Assembly (NCBI GenBank): GCA_963770895.1
Contig: CAVYRF010000001.1
Span: 1,920,001-1,984,000 of the forward strand
DNA: 64,000 nt
Source: an uncultured Acidobacteriota bacterium
GTDB taxonomy: Bacteria; Acidobacteriota; Thermoanaerobaculia; Multivoradales; UBA5704
Direction: 5' to 3'
Shown in pieces: positions 54,517 through 64,000 of the stretch. The position numbers and the translations under genes were made by a program. Under the pieces are notes generated by a model that saw only the letters and a program-made list of their open reading frames with translations, searched no databases and was not told the origin of the DNA. Within the stretch, counting starts at the first letter, position 1. The number at the start of each line of letters is the position of its first letter.

Positions 54517-56304
54517 ATGAGCAGACGCATCCTGCTGGCCGACGACAGCGTCACCATCCAGAAGGTCATCGAGCTGACCTTCATGGACGATGACTACGAG
54601 GTGCGGGCGGTCGGCAATGGTGATGAAGCCCTGGCGATGCTCGGGGCGCTCAAGGTCGACTTCGTCATCGCCGACGTCCACATGCCGGGCGCCAGCGGCT
54701 ACGAAGTCTGCCGGCGGTCCAAGCAGCAACAGCCGCACGTGCCGGTGCTGCTGCTGGTCGGCACGTTCGAGCCGTTCGACGAAGCGCAGGCGCGCGAATG
54801 CGGCGCCAACGCCTTCTTGAAAAAGCCCTTCGATTCGCAGGAGCTGCTCGGCCGGGTGCACGATCTGCTCGGTCCCGATCCGGCGGAGACCGCGGAGGCT
54901 GAGCCCCATCCGCCCGCCGCCGGCGCCGCCGCCACCTCCGACGCCCAGCCGCCGTACGCGGCCACCTCCGCCCCCCACGCGGGTATGGCCGGAATCGCCC
55001 CGCCGGCGACGCTCGCGCCGCCGCCGCCGGCGTCTTCTGCGGGGCTGTCTGCCGCGGCTTTCGACGCGGCGGCGGAACCGGACCGCCTCCACCTGCTCGA
55101 CCTGCCGCCGCTGTCCGGCGTCCTGCACGCCGCGCCGCCGGCTTCGCCGTTCCTGCCCGATCCGGCGCCGCCGTCTGCCGCCGCGGCGTCCGCGCCGCCG
55201 CCGCTCGAAGCGGCCGCAAGCTGGCAGGAATTCGAACTGGAAGCTGAACCCGAAGCCCCGGCCGATCCCTGGCTGTCGCGCCCGGCCGCTGCACCGCCGC
55301 CGGTCGCGGCGCCGCCGCCAGCCGCGGATTTCGCCCTGGATGCCGCGCCGGCGCACAGGTCTTCCGGGGTGGCAGGTTTTGGCGACGACCCGCTGGGTGG
55401 TGCGGTGGGGACCAGGGGACCGGGCGAAGCCGTCGAGCAGCCCTTTGCTCTCGGCGACCTGGAAAGCGATTCGTTCGAACATGGCGGCTCGCCATTCCTG
55501 CCGTCCGCAAGCCCCGTGGCGCCGGCCAGGCCTGAGTCGCTCGCCGGTCCTGAACGCGCGACCATGGCGGAGCCGGTCGTTGCGGCCGGCACCGGACGCT
55601 CGACGTTCGGTGCGGATGCCGCGCCGGCCAAGGCCTCGCCGCCGCCGGCGATCGACCATGAAGACGTCGCGGTGCCGTTCGATTTCGCCGCCGCGGCGGA
55701 ACCCGGCCCTGCGCTTGCCGCGACCCCGGCCCACGCCTTTTCGGCTGGTGCGACGGCCGCCGCTGCGGGTGCCTTGGCCGGGGCAGCCGCCACCGCGGCC
55801 GCCGTGACCGCCTCGCCGTTTGCCGCCAGACCGCCGGCCGACATCGATGCCCAGCCGCCGACGCCGGCCACGCCGGCCATGCCGGCAACCTCTGCCACCG
55901 ACGCCGCTGGCGCCGCGCCGTCACCGTGGGCCGCGGCTCCGGCAGCCAGCGCCGCCGCCGCCGCCGGCGGCGAAGGGGTGGGTGGCGACGTCGCCGGCGG
56001 GACGCACCTGGACTCGCCCCCGCCGCCAAGCGCCGCCGCGGCCCCGCCGGCAACCGCCGCCGCGCCCCCGGCAGCTCCGGTGACCTCGGCGCCCGCCGCC
56101 CAGGCCACCGCCGCGCCCTCGGCGACCCCTGCGACCCCTGCGACGCCTGCGATCACCGACGCCGACGTCGAGCGCATCGCGCGCCGCGTCGTCGAACTGC
56201 TGGGCGACAAGGTGGTGCGCGACGTTGCCTGGGAAGTCATCCCGGACCTCGCCGAGGTGGTGATCAAGGACCGCCTGCGCGAGCTCGAAAGCCAGGTCGA
56301 GTGA
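54517..56304 (+). CDS. RomR-like response regulator (receiver, long Ala/Pro linker, helical C-terminal domain)
   Basis: LLADDSVTIQKVI..ADVHMPG.SGYEVC..LLVGTFEPFDE..KPFDSQ and C-terminal VAWEVIPDLAEVVI; directly upstream of valS. Confidence 0.75.
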   Translation: MSRRILLADDSVTIQKVIELTFMDDDYEVRAVGNGDEALAMLGALKVDFVIADVHMPGASGYEVCRRSKQQQPHVPVLLLVGTFEPFDEAQARECGANAFLKKPFDSQELLGRVHDLLGPDPAETAEAEPHPPAAGAAATSDAQPPYAATSAPHAGMAGIAPPATLAPPPPASSAGLSAAAFDAAAEPDRLHLLDLPPLSGVLHAAPPASPFLPDPAPPSAAAASAPPPLEAAASWQEFELEAEPEAPADPWLSRPAAAPPPVAAPPPAADFALDAAPAHRSSGVAGFGDDPLGGAVGTRGPGEAVEQPFALGDLESDSFEHGGSPFLPSASPVAPARPESLAGPERATMAEPVVAAGTGRSTFGADAAPAKASPPPAIDHEDVAVPFDFAAAAEPGPALAATPAHAFSAGATAAAAGALAGAAATAAAVTASPFAARPPADIDAQPPTPATPAMPATSATDAAGAAPSPWAAAPAASAAAAAGGEGVGGDVAGGTHLDSPPPPSAAAAPPATAAAPPAAPVTSAPAAQATAAPSATPATPATPAITDADVERIARRVVELLGDKVVRDVAWEVIPDLAEVVIKDRLRELESQVE

Positions 56305-56516
56305 CGCCCTCGCTGCACCGGCGCCGTCCCCGCTGACCCGGCCGCCGGTCCCTGGCCGCGCCTGCCGTCAGCCTGCCGATCGCGCCTACCGCCGCCGCGC
56401 GCCGGCCGTCCGATCGTAGCGGCCGGCCGGCTCTGACAGAATGCAGGTCGCGCCGCGCCGGGCCGCCGGGCCGGGCACGCCGCGATCCGAGCTGCAAGAC
56501 CTGGAGAACCAGCAGT

Positions 56517-59180
56517 ATGGAAGAGCTCGACAAGCGCTTCGACCCGCGCTCCTACGAGCGCGCGTGGCAGCAGAAGTGGGAAGCCAGCGGCATCTTCCGC
56601 GCCGCGGCGCCCGCGGCGTCATCGCCGCGCCCGTCGTTCTGCATCATGATCCCGCCGCCCAACGTGACCGGCAAGCTCCACGTCGGCCACGCCCTGCAGA
56701 CCACGCTGCAGGACACCCTCACCCGCTGGCGGCGGATGAGCGGCGACAACGCGCTCTGGCTGCCCGGCACCGACCACGCCGGCATCTCGACCCAGCTGAT
56801 GGTCGAGCGGCAGCTTGCCGTCGAGGGCACCGATCGCCGCACCCTGGGGCGCGAGCGCTTCCTGGCACGGATGTGGGAGTGGACTGACCAGTACCACGGC
56901 AACATCCGCCAGCAGCTCGACCTGCTGGGGGCCAGCTGCGACTGGAGCCGCGAGCGCTTCACCCTCGATCCCGGCCTGTCGCAGGCGGTGCGCGAAGCCT
57001 TTGTGACCCTGCACGCCGACGGCCTGATCCGGCGCGGCCAGTACCTGGTCAACTGGTCGCCCGTCCTGGGCACCGCGATCTCCGACCTCGAAGTCGAGAT
57101 GAAGACGGTGCAGGGCAAGCTCTACCACATCGCCTATCCGGTGGAAGGCCAGGCGCCGGTGGTGGTGGCGACCACCCGCCCGGAAACCATGCTGGGCGAC
57201 ACCGCCATCGCCTTCCATCCCGACGACGAGCGCTACCGCCACCTCGCCGGCAAGGCGGCGACGCTGCCGCTGGTCGGGCGGCAGCTGCCCTTCGTCGCCG
57301 ACCCGGCGGTCGAGCGCGACTTCGGCACCGGCCTGGTCAAGCTGACGCCGTACCACGACGCCAGCGATTTCGAGATGGCCCGCCGCCACGGCCTGCCGGG
57401 GATCACGGTCATCGACCAGCAGGGGCGCATGACCGCCGACGCCGGTCCCGACTTCGCCGGCCTCGACCGCGCCGCGGCGCGCCAGGCGGTGGTCGAGCGG
57501 CTGCGCGCCGCGGGCCTGCTGGTCAAAGTCGAGGATCACGTCCACAACGTCGGCCATTCGCAGCGCAGCGGCGAGCCGATCGAGCCGCTGATGTCGACGC
57601 AGTGGTTTTGCGACGTCACGGACATGGCGGCGCAGGCGCTGGCGGCACAGCGCGAAGGGCGGCTCAAGCTGATCCCCGAAACGTGGGAGAAGACCTGGGA
57701 GCACTGGCTGGAGACGATCAAGCCGTGGTGCATCTCGCGCCAGCTGTGGTGGGGGCACCAGATCCCTGCCTGGTACACGGCCGACGGCCAGTGCTTCGTG
57801 GCGCGCAGCCGCGAAGACGCGGCGCGGGCTGCAGGCGTCGATGCCCAGGCGCTCACCCAGGACCCCGACGTGCTGGACACCTGGTTTTCGTCCGGTCTAT
57901 GGCCGTTCTCGACCCTGGGCTGGCCGCAGCAGACGGACGACCTGGCGACGTTCTATCCGACCCAGGCGCTGATCACCGGCCACGACATCTTGTTCTTCTG
58001 GGTCGCCCGCATGGTGATGTTCGGCCTGCGCTTCACCGGACAGGTGCCGTTTTCGCTGGTGCACCTGACCGGCCTGGTGCGCGACGCGGACGGGGTCAAG
58101 ATGTCGAAGACCCGCGGCAACACCGTCGATCCCATCGACCTGGTCGACGAATACGGCGCCGACGCGGTGCGCTTCACCCTCGCCTCGCTCGACAGCCCCG
58201 GCCGCGACATCCCGATCCGGGCCGAGCAGCTGGCCGGCTACCGCGCCTTCGGCAACAAGATCTGGAACGCCGCGCGCTTCGCCCTGAGCCGCGTCGACGC
58301 CGCGGCGCGGGTGCAGCCGGACCTCGACCCCGCCGGCCTGGCGCCGCCCGAGCGCTGGATCCTGTCGCGCCTGTCGCGCGTCGCGGCCGAAATCGGCCCG
58401 CGCCTTGCCGCCTGCCGCTTCGACGAAGCGTGCAGCCGCCTGTACCACTTCTTCTGGGGCGATCTTTGCGATTGGTACATCGAGCTCGCCAAGCCGGCGC
58501 TCGCCGGCGAAGCGCCGCGCCCGCGCACCGGCGACGTCCTGCTCACCGTGCTCGACCGCAGCCTGCGCCTGCTGCACCCGGTGATGCCGTTCCTGACCGA
58601 GGAGATCTGGCAGCGCCTGCCCGGCCACCAGGACATCCACGCCGACACCATCTGCCTGGCCGCCTATCCCGGCCGCGAAGAGCGCTGGGAGAGCGCCGAC
58701 GTGGAGTCCGGCATGGAGGTCCTGATGCAGGTGGTGACGCGGGTGCGCAGCCTGCGCGCCGAGCTGGGCCTGCCGCCCAAGGCCCGCCTGGACCTGGTCC
58801 TGGGCATCCCCGCCGCCGCCGGCGCCGGCGCGCTGCTGGCCCAGCAGGAACACCTGATCCGCGCCCTCTGCCGCGTCACCTCGGTCGCCTGCGGTCCGCC
58901 CGCCGACGTGCCGCAAGCGGGCGCGGCGATCACCGACCTGGTGGCGGGCATCCAGGTCACCCTGGTGCCCGAGCGGCAGGAGATGGGCGCCGACGAGCGC
59001 GAACGCCTGGGGCGTGAGCTGGACAAGCTGGGCGCGGAGATCCAGCGCGCCGAGCAGCGGCTCAGCCTGCCCGACTTCCTCGCCAAGGCGCCGCCGGCGG
59101 TGGTCGAAGGCGGCCGCGCGCGCCTGGCGGAAATGCGCGACCGCCAGGAGCGCATCCGCGCCAGCCTGGGCGGCGCCTGA
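56517..59180 (+). CDS. valS: Valine--tRNA ligase
   Basis: PPPNVTGKLHVGH, GTDHAGI, WCISRQLWWGH, DTWFSS, KMSKT, C-terminal coiled coil. Confidence 0.98.
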   Translation: MEELDKRFDPRSYERAWQQKWEASGIFRAAAPAASSPRPSFCIMIPPPNVTGKLHVGHALQTTLQDTLTRWRRMSGDNALWLPGTDHAGISTQLMVERQLAVEGTDRRTLGRERFLARMWEWTDQYHGNIRQQLDLLGASCDWSRERFTLDPGLSQAVREAFVTLHADGLIRRGQYLVNWSPVLGTAISDLEVEMKTVQGKLYHIAYPVEGQAPVVVATTRPETMLGDTAIAFHPDDERYRHLAGKAATLPLVGRQLPFVADPAVERDFGTGLVKLTPYHDASDFEMARRHGLPGITVIDQQGRMTADAGPDFAGLDRAAARQAVVERLRAAGLLVKVEDHVHNVGHSQRSGEPIEPLMSTQWFCDVTDMAAQALAAQREGRLKLIPETWEKTWEHWLETIKPWCISRQLWWGHQIPAWYTADGQCFVARSREDAARAAGVDAQALTQDPDVLDTWFSSGLWPFSTLGWPQQTDDLATFYPTQALITGHDILFFWVARMVMFGLRFTGQVPFSLVHLTGLVRDADGVKMSKTRGNTVDPIDLVDEYGADAVRFTLASLDSPGRDIPIRAEQLAGYRAFGNKIWNAARFALSRVDAAARVQPDLDPAGLAPPERWILSRLSRVAAEIGPRLAACRFDEACSRLYHFFWGDLCDWYIELAKPALAGEAPRPRTGDVLLTVLDRSLRLLHPVMPFLTEEIWQRLPGHQDIHADTICLAAYPGREERWESADVESGMEVLMQVVTRVRSLRAELGLPPKARLDLVLGIPAAAGAGALLAQQEHLIRALCRVTSVACGPPADVPQAGAAITDLVAGIQVTLVPERQEMGADERERLGRELDKLGAEIQRAEQRLSLPDFLAKAPPAVVEGGRARLAEMRDRQERIRASLGGA

Positions 59181-59194
59181 GGAGAGCCCAAGGC

Positions 59195-60148
59195 GTGGAT
59201 TTCCATCGCTACGTCGCCGACCTGGAAGGCGCCCGCTTCCGCGCCGCGCACCGGCCCGGACCGGACAACGTGGTGGTGCTGGCGACCACCGCCTCCACCA
59301 ACTCGCTGGCGCGCAGCATCGCGCACGACCTGGAAGCCGAGGGTCTGGACGTCACGCCGATGCTCATCCTGGCCCTGGCGCAGACCGGTGGCCGCGGCCG
59401 CCAGGGGCGCAGCTGGGTGAGCCCCGCCGGGCGCGGCGTCTACGGCACGCTGGTCCACTCCTACAAGACTGCCGACCCGCTGCCGACCCTGCCGCTGCTG
59501 GCCGGGGTCGGCCTCTGCCGGGCGCTCGCGCCCTACCTGCCCGCCGCGGCCGGCGATCCGGCAGGTTCCGGCGGGGCCGCGGCCGCCGGCGGTTGCCGCC
59601 TGAAGTGGCCGAACGACCTGGTGGTGCCCGCCGCGCCCGGAGCGCCGGGTGCCGCCGGCGCCTCGGGCCGCAAGATCGGCGGCATCCTGATCGAAGCGCT
59701 GATCCATTCCGGCGCCGGGGCCGTGGCGCTGATCGGTTTCGGCGTCAACCACAGCCACGACGCGGACCAGCTGCCCCCTGGCGCCACCTCGCTGCAGCTC
59801 GAAAACCCCGCCGGCGCGGGCGACCTGGCCCAACTGACCTGGGACCTGGTGGCCGGTCTGGAACGCGAGCTGCGCCATGCCGGCGATGCGGCCTATGCCG
59901 CGGCCGCCTACAGCGAGCTCTCCATCCACCGCCCCGGCGATCGCCTGGTCTGCCAGGTCGGCGACCGCCGCCTGGCCGGCACCTTCGCCGGCTTCGACGC
60001 CGCCGGCCGCCTGCGCCTGCGCCACCCAAGGCCGGCCGAAGGTCAGGCATCCGCAGCATCCGACGGCGGCGGGGAGGCGGCAGCGCCAGACGACCAGGAC
60101 GAGCTCCTGCTGTCGGCAGGAGAGGTGATCGAGCACGGACCCTCGTAA
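59195..60148 (+). CDS. birA: Biotin--[acetyl-CoA-carboxylase] ligase (no N-terminal HTH)
   Basis: STN, QTGGRGRQGRSWVSP, KWPND, KIGGILIE, IGFGVN. Confidence 0.9.
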   Translation: MDFHRYVADLEGARFRAAHRPGPDNVVVLATTASTNSLARSIAHDLEAEGLDVTPMLILALAQTGGRGRQGRSWVSPAGRGVYGTLVHSYKTADPLPTLPLLAGVGLCRALAPYLPAAAGDPAGSGGAAAAGGCRLKWPNDLVVPAAPGAPGAAGASGRKIGGILIEALIHSGAGAVALIGFGVNHSHDADQLPPGATSLQLENPAGAGDLAQLTWDLVAGLERELRHAGDAAYAAAAYSELSIHRPGDRLVCQVGDRRLAGTFAGFDAAGRLRLRHPRPAEGQASAASDGGGEAAAPDDQDELLLSAGEVIEHGPS

Positions 60149-60214
60149 CCTGGCAAGCGTCGGGTGTCGGGATGATGATCAGCAGGCGCGATCGGCGGAA
60201 GAGGTGATCGGGCG

Positions 60215-61123
60215 ATGAGCACGGACGGCGGCAAGAAGCGCGGCAAGAGCACCGGTGGGGCAGGGGAGGCGCGTCCCGCGGGCGACGGCGCGGCCAGCAG
60301 CGGCGGCGCGATCGGCGGCGGACCAGCCGGAGCCGCGGGCGGTGGCCGGCAGGACGAGCTGCTGGTGCTGCTGGACGTCGGCAACACCAACACGGTCGTC
60401 GGCGTGCAGCGCGGCGAGCAGCTGATCGAGAGCTTCCGCCTGTCGACCGACGCGGAGCGTACGGGAGACGAATACGGGTCGCTGCTGCTGCCGCTGTTTT
60501 CGCGGCTGGGGATCGATCCGCTGGACGCCGACGCGGTGGTCATCTCGTCGGTGGTGCCGCCGCTGCACCTGACGCTCGACCACCTGTCGCGGCGGTTCTT
60601 CGGCAAGAAGCCGATGTTCGTCGAGCTGGGCGTGCGCACCGGCATGCCGATCCGTTACGACAATCCCAAGGAGGTGGGCGCCGACCGCGTGGTCAACTCC
60701 GTCGCGGCGCGCGACCGCTTCGGCGCGCCGGTGATCGTGGTCGATTTCGGCACCGCCACCACCTTCGACGTCGTCAACGCCGCCGGCGAATACATCGGCG
60801 GCATCATCGCGCCGGGAATCGGTATTTCCGCGGAAGCGCTTTTTGCCCACGCTTCGCGTCTATTCAGGGTAGATGTGCGCAAACCGGACAACCTGGTCGG
60901 CAAGACCACCGCATCCGCCATGCAGGCCGGCCTCTACTACGGCTACGTCGGCCTGGTGGACGGCATCCTGGAGCGCCTGCTCGCGGAGATCCCCGGCGTC
61001 AAGACGGTGGTCGCCACCGGCGGCCAGGCCGACCTCATCGCCAGCGGCTCCAAGTACATCCGTGAAACCGATCCGCTGCTCACCCTCTACGGCCTCAAAC
61101 TGATCTACGAACGCAATCGCTAG
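60215..61123 (+). CDS. coaX: Type III pantothenate kinase
   Basis: LDVGNTN, SSVVP, GADR, VDFGTATTFD, GGIIAPG, ATGG. Confidence 0.95.
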   Translation: MSTDGGKKRGKSTGGAGEARPAGDGAASSGGAIGGGPAGAAGGGRQDELLVLLDVGNTNTVVGVQRGEQLIESFRLSTDAERTGDEYGSLLLPLFSRLGIDPLDADAVVISSVVPPLHLTLDHLSRRFFGKKPMFVELGVRTGMPIRYDNPKEVGADRVVNSVAARDRFGAPVIVVDFGTATTFDVVNAAGEYIGGIIAPGIGISAEALFAHASRLFRVDVRKPDNLVGKTTASAMQAGLYYGYVGLVDGILERLLAEIPGVKTVVATGGQADLIASGSKYIRETDPLLTLYGLKLIYERNR

Positions 61124-61190
61124 TGGCCTGTCCCGCACCCGCCGTCGAGGGCAAGCCAGACGCTTTCGATTCGAACAGGACAGGCCGCTG

Positions 61191-62018
61191 GTGAGCAAAG
61201 AAACCCCGGGCGCTGCTGACGCCGCCGCGCCGCCCGGCCGCGACGCGGCTGCCGGGCTGGCCCAGGAACTGCCTGCTACGACCTCGCCTCCGCCCGACGA
61301 AGACGGCGACCACGCTTACTTTCAGGCGATCGAAGATCACTTCGTCGGCCTGCGCGGCGCGCCGCTGCTGCTGTCGCCCGTCGATTGGCAGGTGGCGCGC
61401 CGCTGGCACCTCCAGGGCATTCCGCTCGCCGTGGTGCGGCGGGCGCTCGACGACCTGTTCGCCCGCCGCCGCGAGCGCGGCGCCCGCGGCCGGGTGTCCA
61501 GCCTGCGCTACTGCGTGCCCGCCGTCGAGGCGGCCTGGGCCGACCACGCCGACCTGGCCGCCCCCGGCGCCCGCGGCAAGGCCGAGCCGTTCGACACCGC
61601 CGGCCGCCTGGCCGCCCTGGCCGACGCCCTGACAAGCCTGCCGCTGCTCCCGTCCACCTCCGGCGATGCCGGTGACCGCGGCGAACCGATCGGTGTCGCG
61701 GCGCTCGCCGGCCTGCGCGGGCGCCTGCTCGCCCTGGCGCAAACGGACCTGGATGCCCAGGTGGTCGAGGAGCGCCTGGCCGATCTCGATCGGGAGACGC
61801 TCGATACCACCCTGGCATCGCTCTCCGCCGCGGACCGCGCGTCGCTCGACGCCGCCGTCGCCAAAACCATGGCCGCGCTTGCCAGCCGCCTGCCCGCAGC
61901 CGAGCTGGAACGGGCGCGCGAGCGCCTGACCCGCCAGGTGCTGCGCGGACGCCTCGGCCTGCCGACGCTGTCGCTCTTCTCGCCCGAAGCCCTGGGGCCG
62001 GCGCCGGGGCAGCAGTGA
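61191..62018 (+). CDS. Hypothetical protein (possible DnaD-like helical domain)
   Basis: Co-oriented, GTGA-coupled to miaA; YFQAIEDHF..LSPVDW..W..GIPL..SLRYC..W. Confidence 0.7.
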   Translation: MSKETPGAADAAAPPGRDAAAGLAQELPATTSPPPDEDGDHAYFQAIEDHFVGLRGAPLLLSPVDWQVARRWHLQGIPLAVVRRALDDLFARRRERGARGRVSSLRYCVPAVEAAWADHADLAAPGARGKAEPFDTAGRLAALADALTSLPLLPSTSGDAGDRGEPIGVAALAGLRGRLLALAQTDLDAQVVEERLADLDRETLDTTLASLSAADRASLDAAVAKTMAALASRLPAAELERARERLTRQVLRGRLGLPTLSLFSPEALGPAPGQQ

Positions 62019-62974
62019 CCGAGCCGGCCGCGCCGCCGCCCGTCGTGGCGGTCGTGGGGGCGACGGCGACGGGCAAGAGCGCCTTGGGCGTGGCACTGGC
62101 GGAGCGACTGCCCGGCGGCGGCGAGATCGTCAATGCGGATGCCCTGCAGGTGTATCGCGGGTTCGACGTGGGGACGGCCAAACCGCCTGCCGCCGAGCGG
62201 GCGCGGGTGCCGCACCACTTGGTCGATATCCTGGATCCCGCCGAACGCTACTCGGCCGGCGAGTTCGCGCGGCGGGCGCGGCAGGCCATCGCCGGCATCC
62301 AGGAGCGGCGGCGCTGGCCGATCGTCGTCGGCGGCAGCGGTCTGTACCTGCGGGCGCTGCTGGCGGGGATCAGCCCGGTGCCGGCGGGCGACCCGGCGCT
62401 GCGCGAGCTGCTGCGTCTCCGCCTGGCCCAGGAGGGGCGCGCGCCGCTGCTCGCCCAACTGGCGCGGCTCGATCCGCCGACGGCGGCACGGCTGCCGCCG
62501 GGGGACACCCAGCGGGTGCTGCGGGCGCTCGAAGTGGCGCTCGCCTCGGGGCGTCCGTTGTCCTCGTGGCTTGAGGAGCAACCCTTTGGGATTCAGAACA
62601 TTGCAGCGATTCGCGTCGGATTGACGCTCCCTCGGGCCATCCTGTACGATCGAATCGCGGGTCGTGTGACCCAGATGGTGCAGGATGGTTGGGCGCAAGA
62701 GGTGCGCGGTCTGCTGGAGTCTGGCCTTTCCCCCAACCTGCCAGCGTTCCAGGCCATCGGGTATCGGCAATTGGTCTACCACGTCAGAGGGGAGTGGTCC
62801 TTGGGAAGGGCGATCGACGAAACAGTCCGGGCGACGCGTCGATTCGCCAAACGACAGGAGACCTGGTTTCGTAAAGAACCCGATGTGACCTGGTTCTCTG
62901 CAGAGGATCTGGATCGTCGGCTGCCTCAGGTCCTTGAACACGTCGAGCGCGGTATCGGGGAGGGTCGAGCATGA
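62015..62974 (+). CDS. miaA: tRNA dimethylallyltransferase
   Basis: GATATGKS, DALQVYRGFDVGTAKP, PHHL, VGGSGLY, AIGY, AKRQETWF. Confidence 0.96.
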   Translation: MTEPAAPPPVVAVVGATATGKSALGVALAERLPGGGEIVNADALQVYRGFDVGTAKPPAAERARVPHHLVDILDPAERYSAGEFARRARQAIAGIQERRRWPIVVGGSGLYLRALLAGISPVPAGDPALRELLRLRLAQEGRAPLLAQLARLDPPTAARLPPGDTQRVLRALEVALASGRPLSSWLEEQPFGIQNIAAIRVGLTLPRAILYDRIAGRVTQMVQDGWAQEVRGLLESGLSPNLPAFQAIGYRQLVYHVRGEWSLGRAIDETVRATRRFAKRQETWFRKEPDVTWFSAEDLDRRLPQVLEHVERGIGEGRA

Positions 62975-63180
62975 CAAAACACAACATCAACATCCAGGAT
63001 GGCTATCTTTTTCAAAGTCTGAAGGAAGGCCAGACAATGTATATCGAGCTGGTGACCGGAAATCATCTGCTCGGCCGCCTCAAGCGCTTTGACCGATTTG
63101 CCGTGGTGCTCGAAAGCGAAGGCAAAGAGATCCTGATCTACAAGCACGCCATCGCCACCATCGCGGTGGCTCCTGCGTAG
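62971..63180 (+). CDS. hfq: RNA chaperone Hfq
   Basis: IQD..L, FDRF, YKHAI motif; ATGA-coupled to miaA as in the usual miaA-hfq arrangement. Confidence 0.88.
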   Translation: MTKHNINIQDGYLFQSLKEGQTMYIELVTGNHLLGRLKRFDRFAVVLESEGKEILIYKHAIATIAVAPA

Positions 63181-63418
63181 GGATGAAGCCGCCGTCCGCA
63201 TTGATTTCCTGACCAACCCAAGTCCGCCGCCCGCGCCGGCCAGGCGCCGGCGGCGGAGCTGGCTCGCCCCGCAAACCAGGCGAACCGATCGGCGGACGCC
63301 GCCGCCGGCCGACGGCGTGGCACCAGGCGCCGGTTCAGGTATCCTCTTTGCACCGCAAGGCAGGCAGGAGGAGCGTGTGCGCGACGCATCACATCTCGAT
63401 CTGAGGAGGGAGCGGACC

Positions 63419-64000
63419 GTGCCGGCCCTGCTGCGTGCCGTCGACCAGCTTGCCGCCGCGCGGCGCTCTGCCGGGTTGCTTGGCGCGGTGCTGCTGGCCG
63501 TGGTCCTGCTGTGCGCTTCCTGCGCCGAGCGCCAGCCGCCGGCGCCGCCCCAGGCGCCGCCCGAAACCGCGGCATCGGTGCTGCTGCACCGCGAGCGCCC
63601 CTACCTGCTCAACCCGCTGGAAGGCTACGCGCAAAACATCGACCCCATCCGCCGCGACCGGCTGAGCCGCGCCTATACCGACCTGGTCGACAACGGCAGC
63701 GTCGCCGCCGCGGCGGACACCGCGAGCGACCTGCTGGGCGTGGCCTCGTCGCTCGCCCCCGCCAAGGTGCTGGCGGCGCAGACCGATTTCGCCCAATCCC
63801 ACTTTCGCGCCGTGGTCGATCGGCTGCTGCCGGTCGGCGACGCCCAGCCCAACTACACGGCGAGCCAGATGCTCCTGGGCCGCGCCGCCGAGCTGCTGGG
63901 CGACGTGCCGCTCGCCTACGCCGCCTATCGCGCCATCGCCCCGCGCAGCCGCAAGGCGCTGGAGCGCACCGGCGACCTGCACGCGCGCGCCCTGCAGATC
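63419..64000 (+). CDS. Putative lipoprotein, helical/TPR-like (3'-truncated by window edge)
   Basis: GAGGAGG RBS, GTG 63419; MPALLRAV..VLLAVVLLCASC lipobox; frame open to the end of the window. Confidence 0.65.
   Translation, partial: MPALLRAVDQLAAARRSAGLLGAVLLAVVLLCASCAERQPPAPPQAPPETAASVLLHRERPYLLNPLEGYAQNIDPIRRDRLSRAYTDLVDNGSVAAAADTASDLLGVASSLAPAKVLAAQTDFAQSHFRAVVDRLLPVGDAQPNYTASQMLLGRAAELLGDVPLAYAAYRAIAPRSRKALERTGDLHARALQI

Overview
Very GC-rich bacterial chromosomal window. The gene set (RomR-like regulator next to valS, FHA-AAA+ regulator, LxLxRETL-leader peptides) suggests Acidobacteriota/Thermoanaerobaculia or a related lineage; this is inference only. Housekeeping genes: hemY-hemE, hutH, rsgA, hutU, a DEAD-box helicase, thyA-folA, a PpiC-type foldase and valS-birA-coaX-(hyp)-miaA-hfq. 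Accessory content: two AbrB/PIN toxin-antitoxin pairs, a lower-GC islet (~13.9-15.7 kb), a desaturase/methyltransferase/glycosyltransferase region, a TolC-double-MFP-CzcA-response-regulator efflux operon downstream of a TonB receptor, and a 1520-aa DUF4062-CHAT-STAND-TPR protein with eight 123-bp repeats. Most notable are two dispersed Cys/Thr-rich RiPP-type precursors with the same leader type (10945-11157 and 33615-33788, the latter missing from the ORF track) and no lanthipeptide, radical-SAM or YcaO maturase in the window. The first is divergent from a VioB-type ferritin-like gene pair across a palindromic shared -10 region. All family calls come from motif recognition by eye, no searches were run, and several start codons are my own choices.
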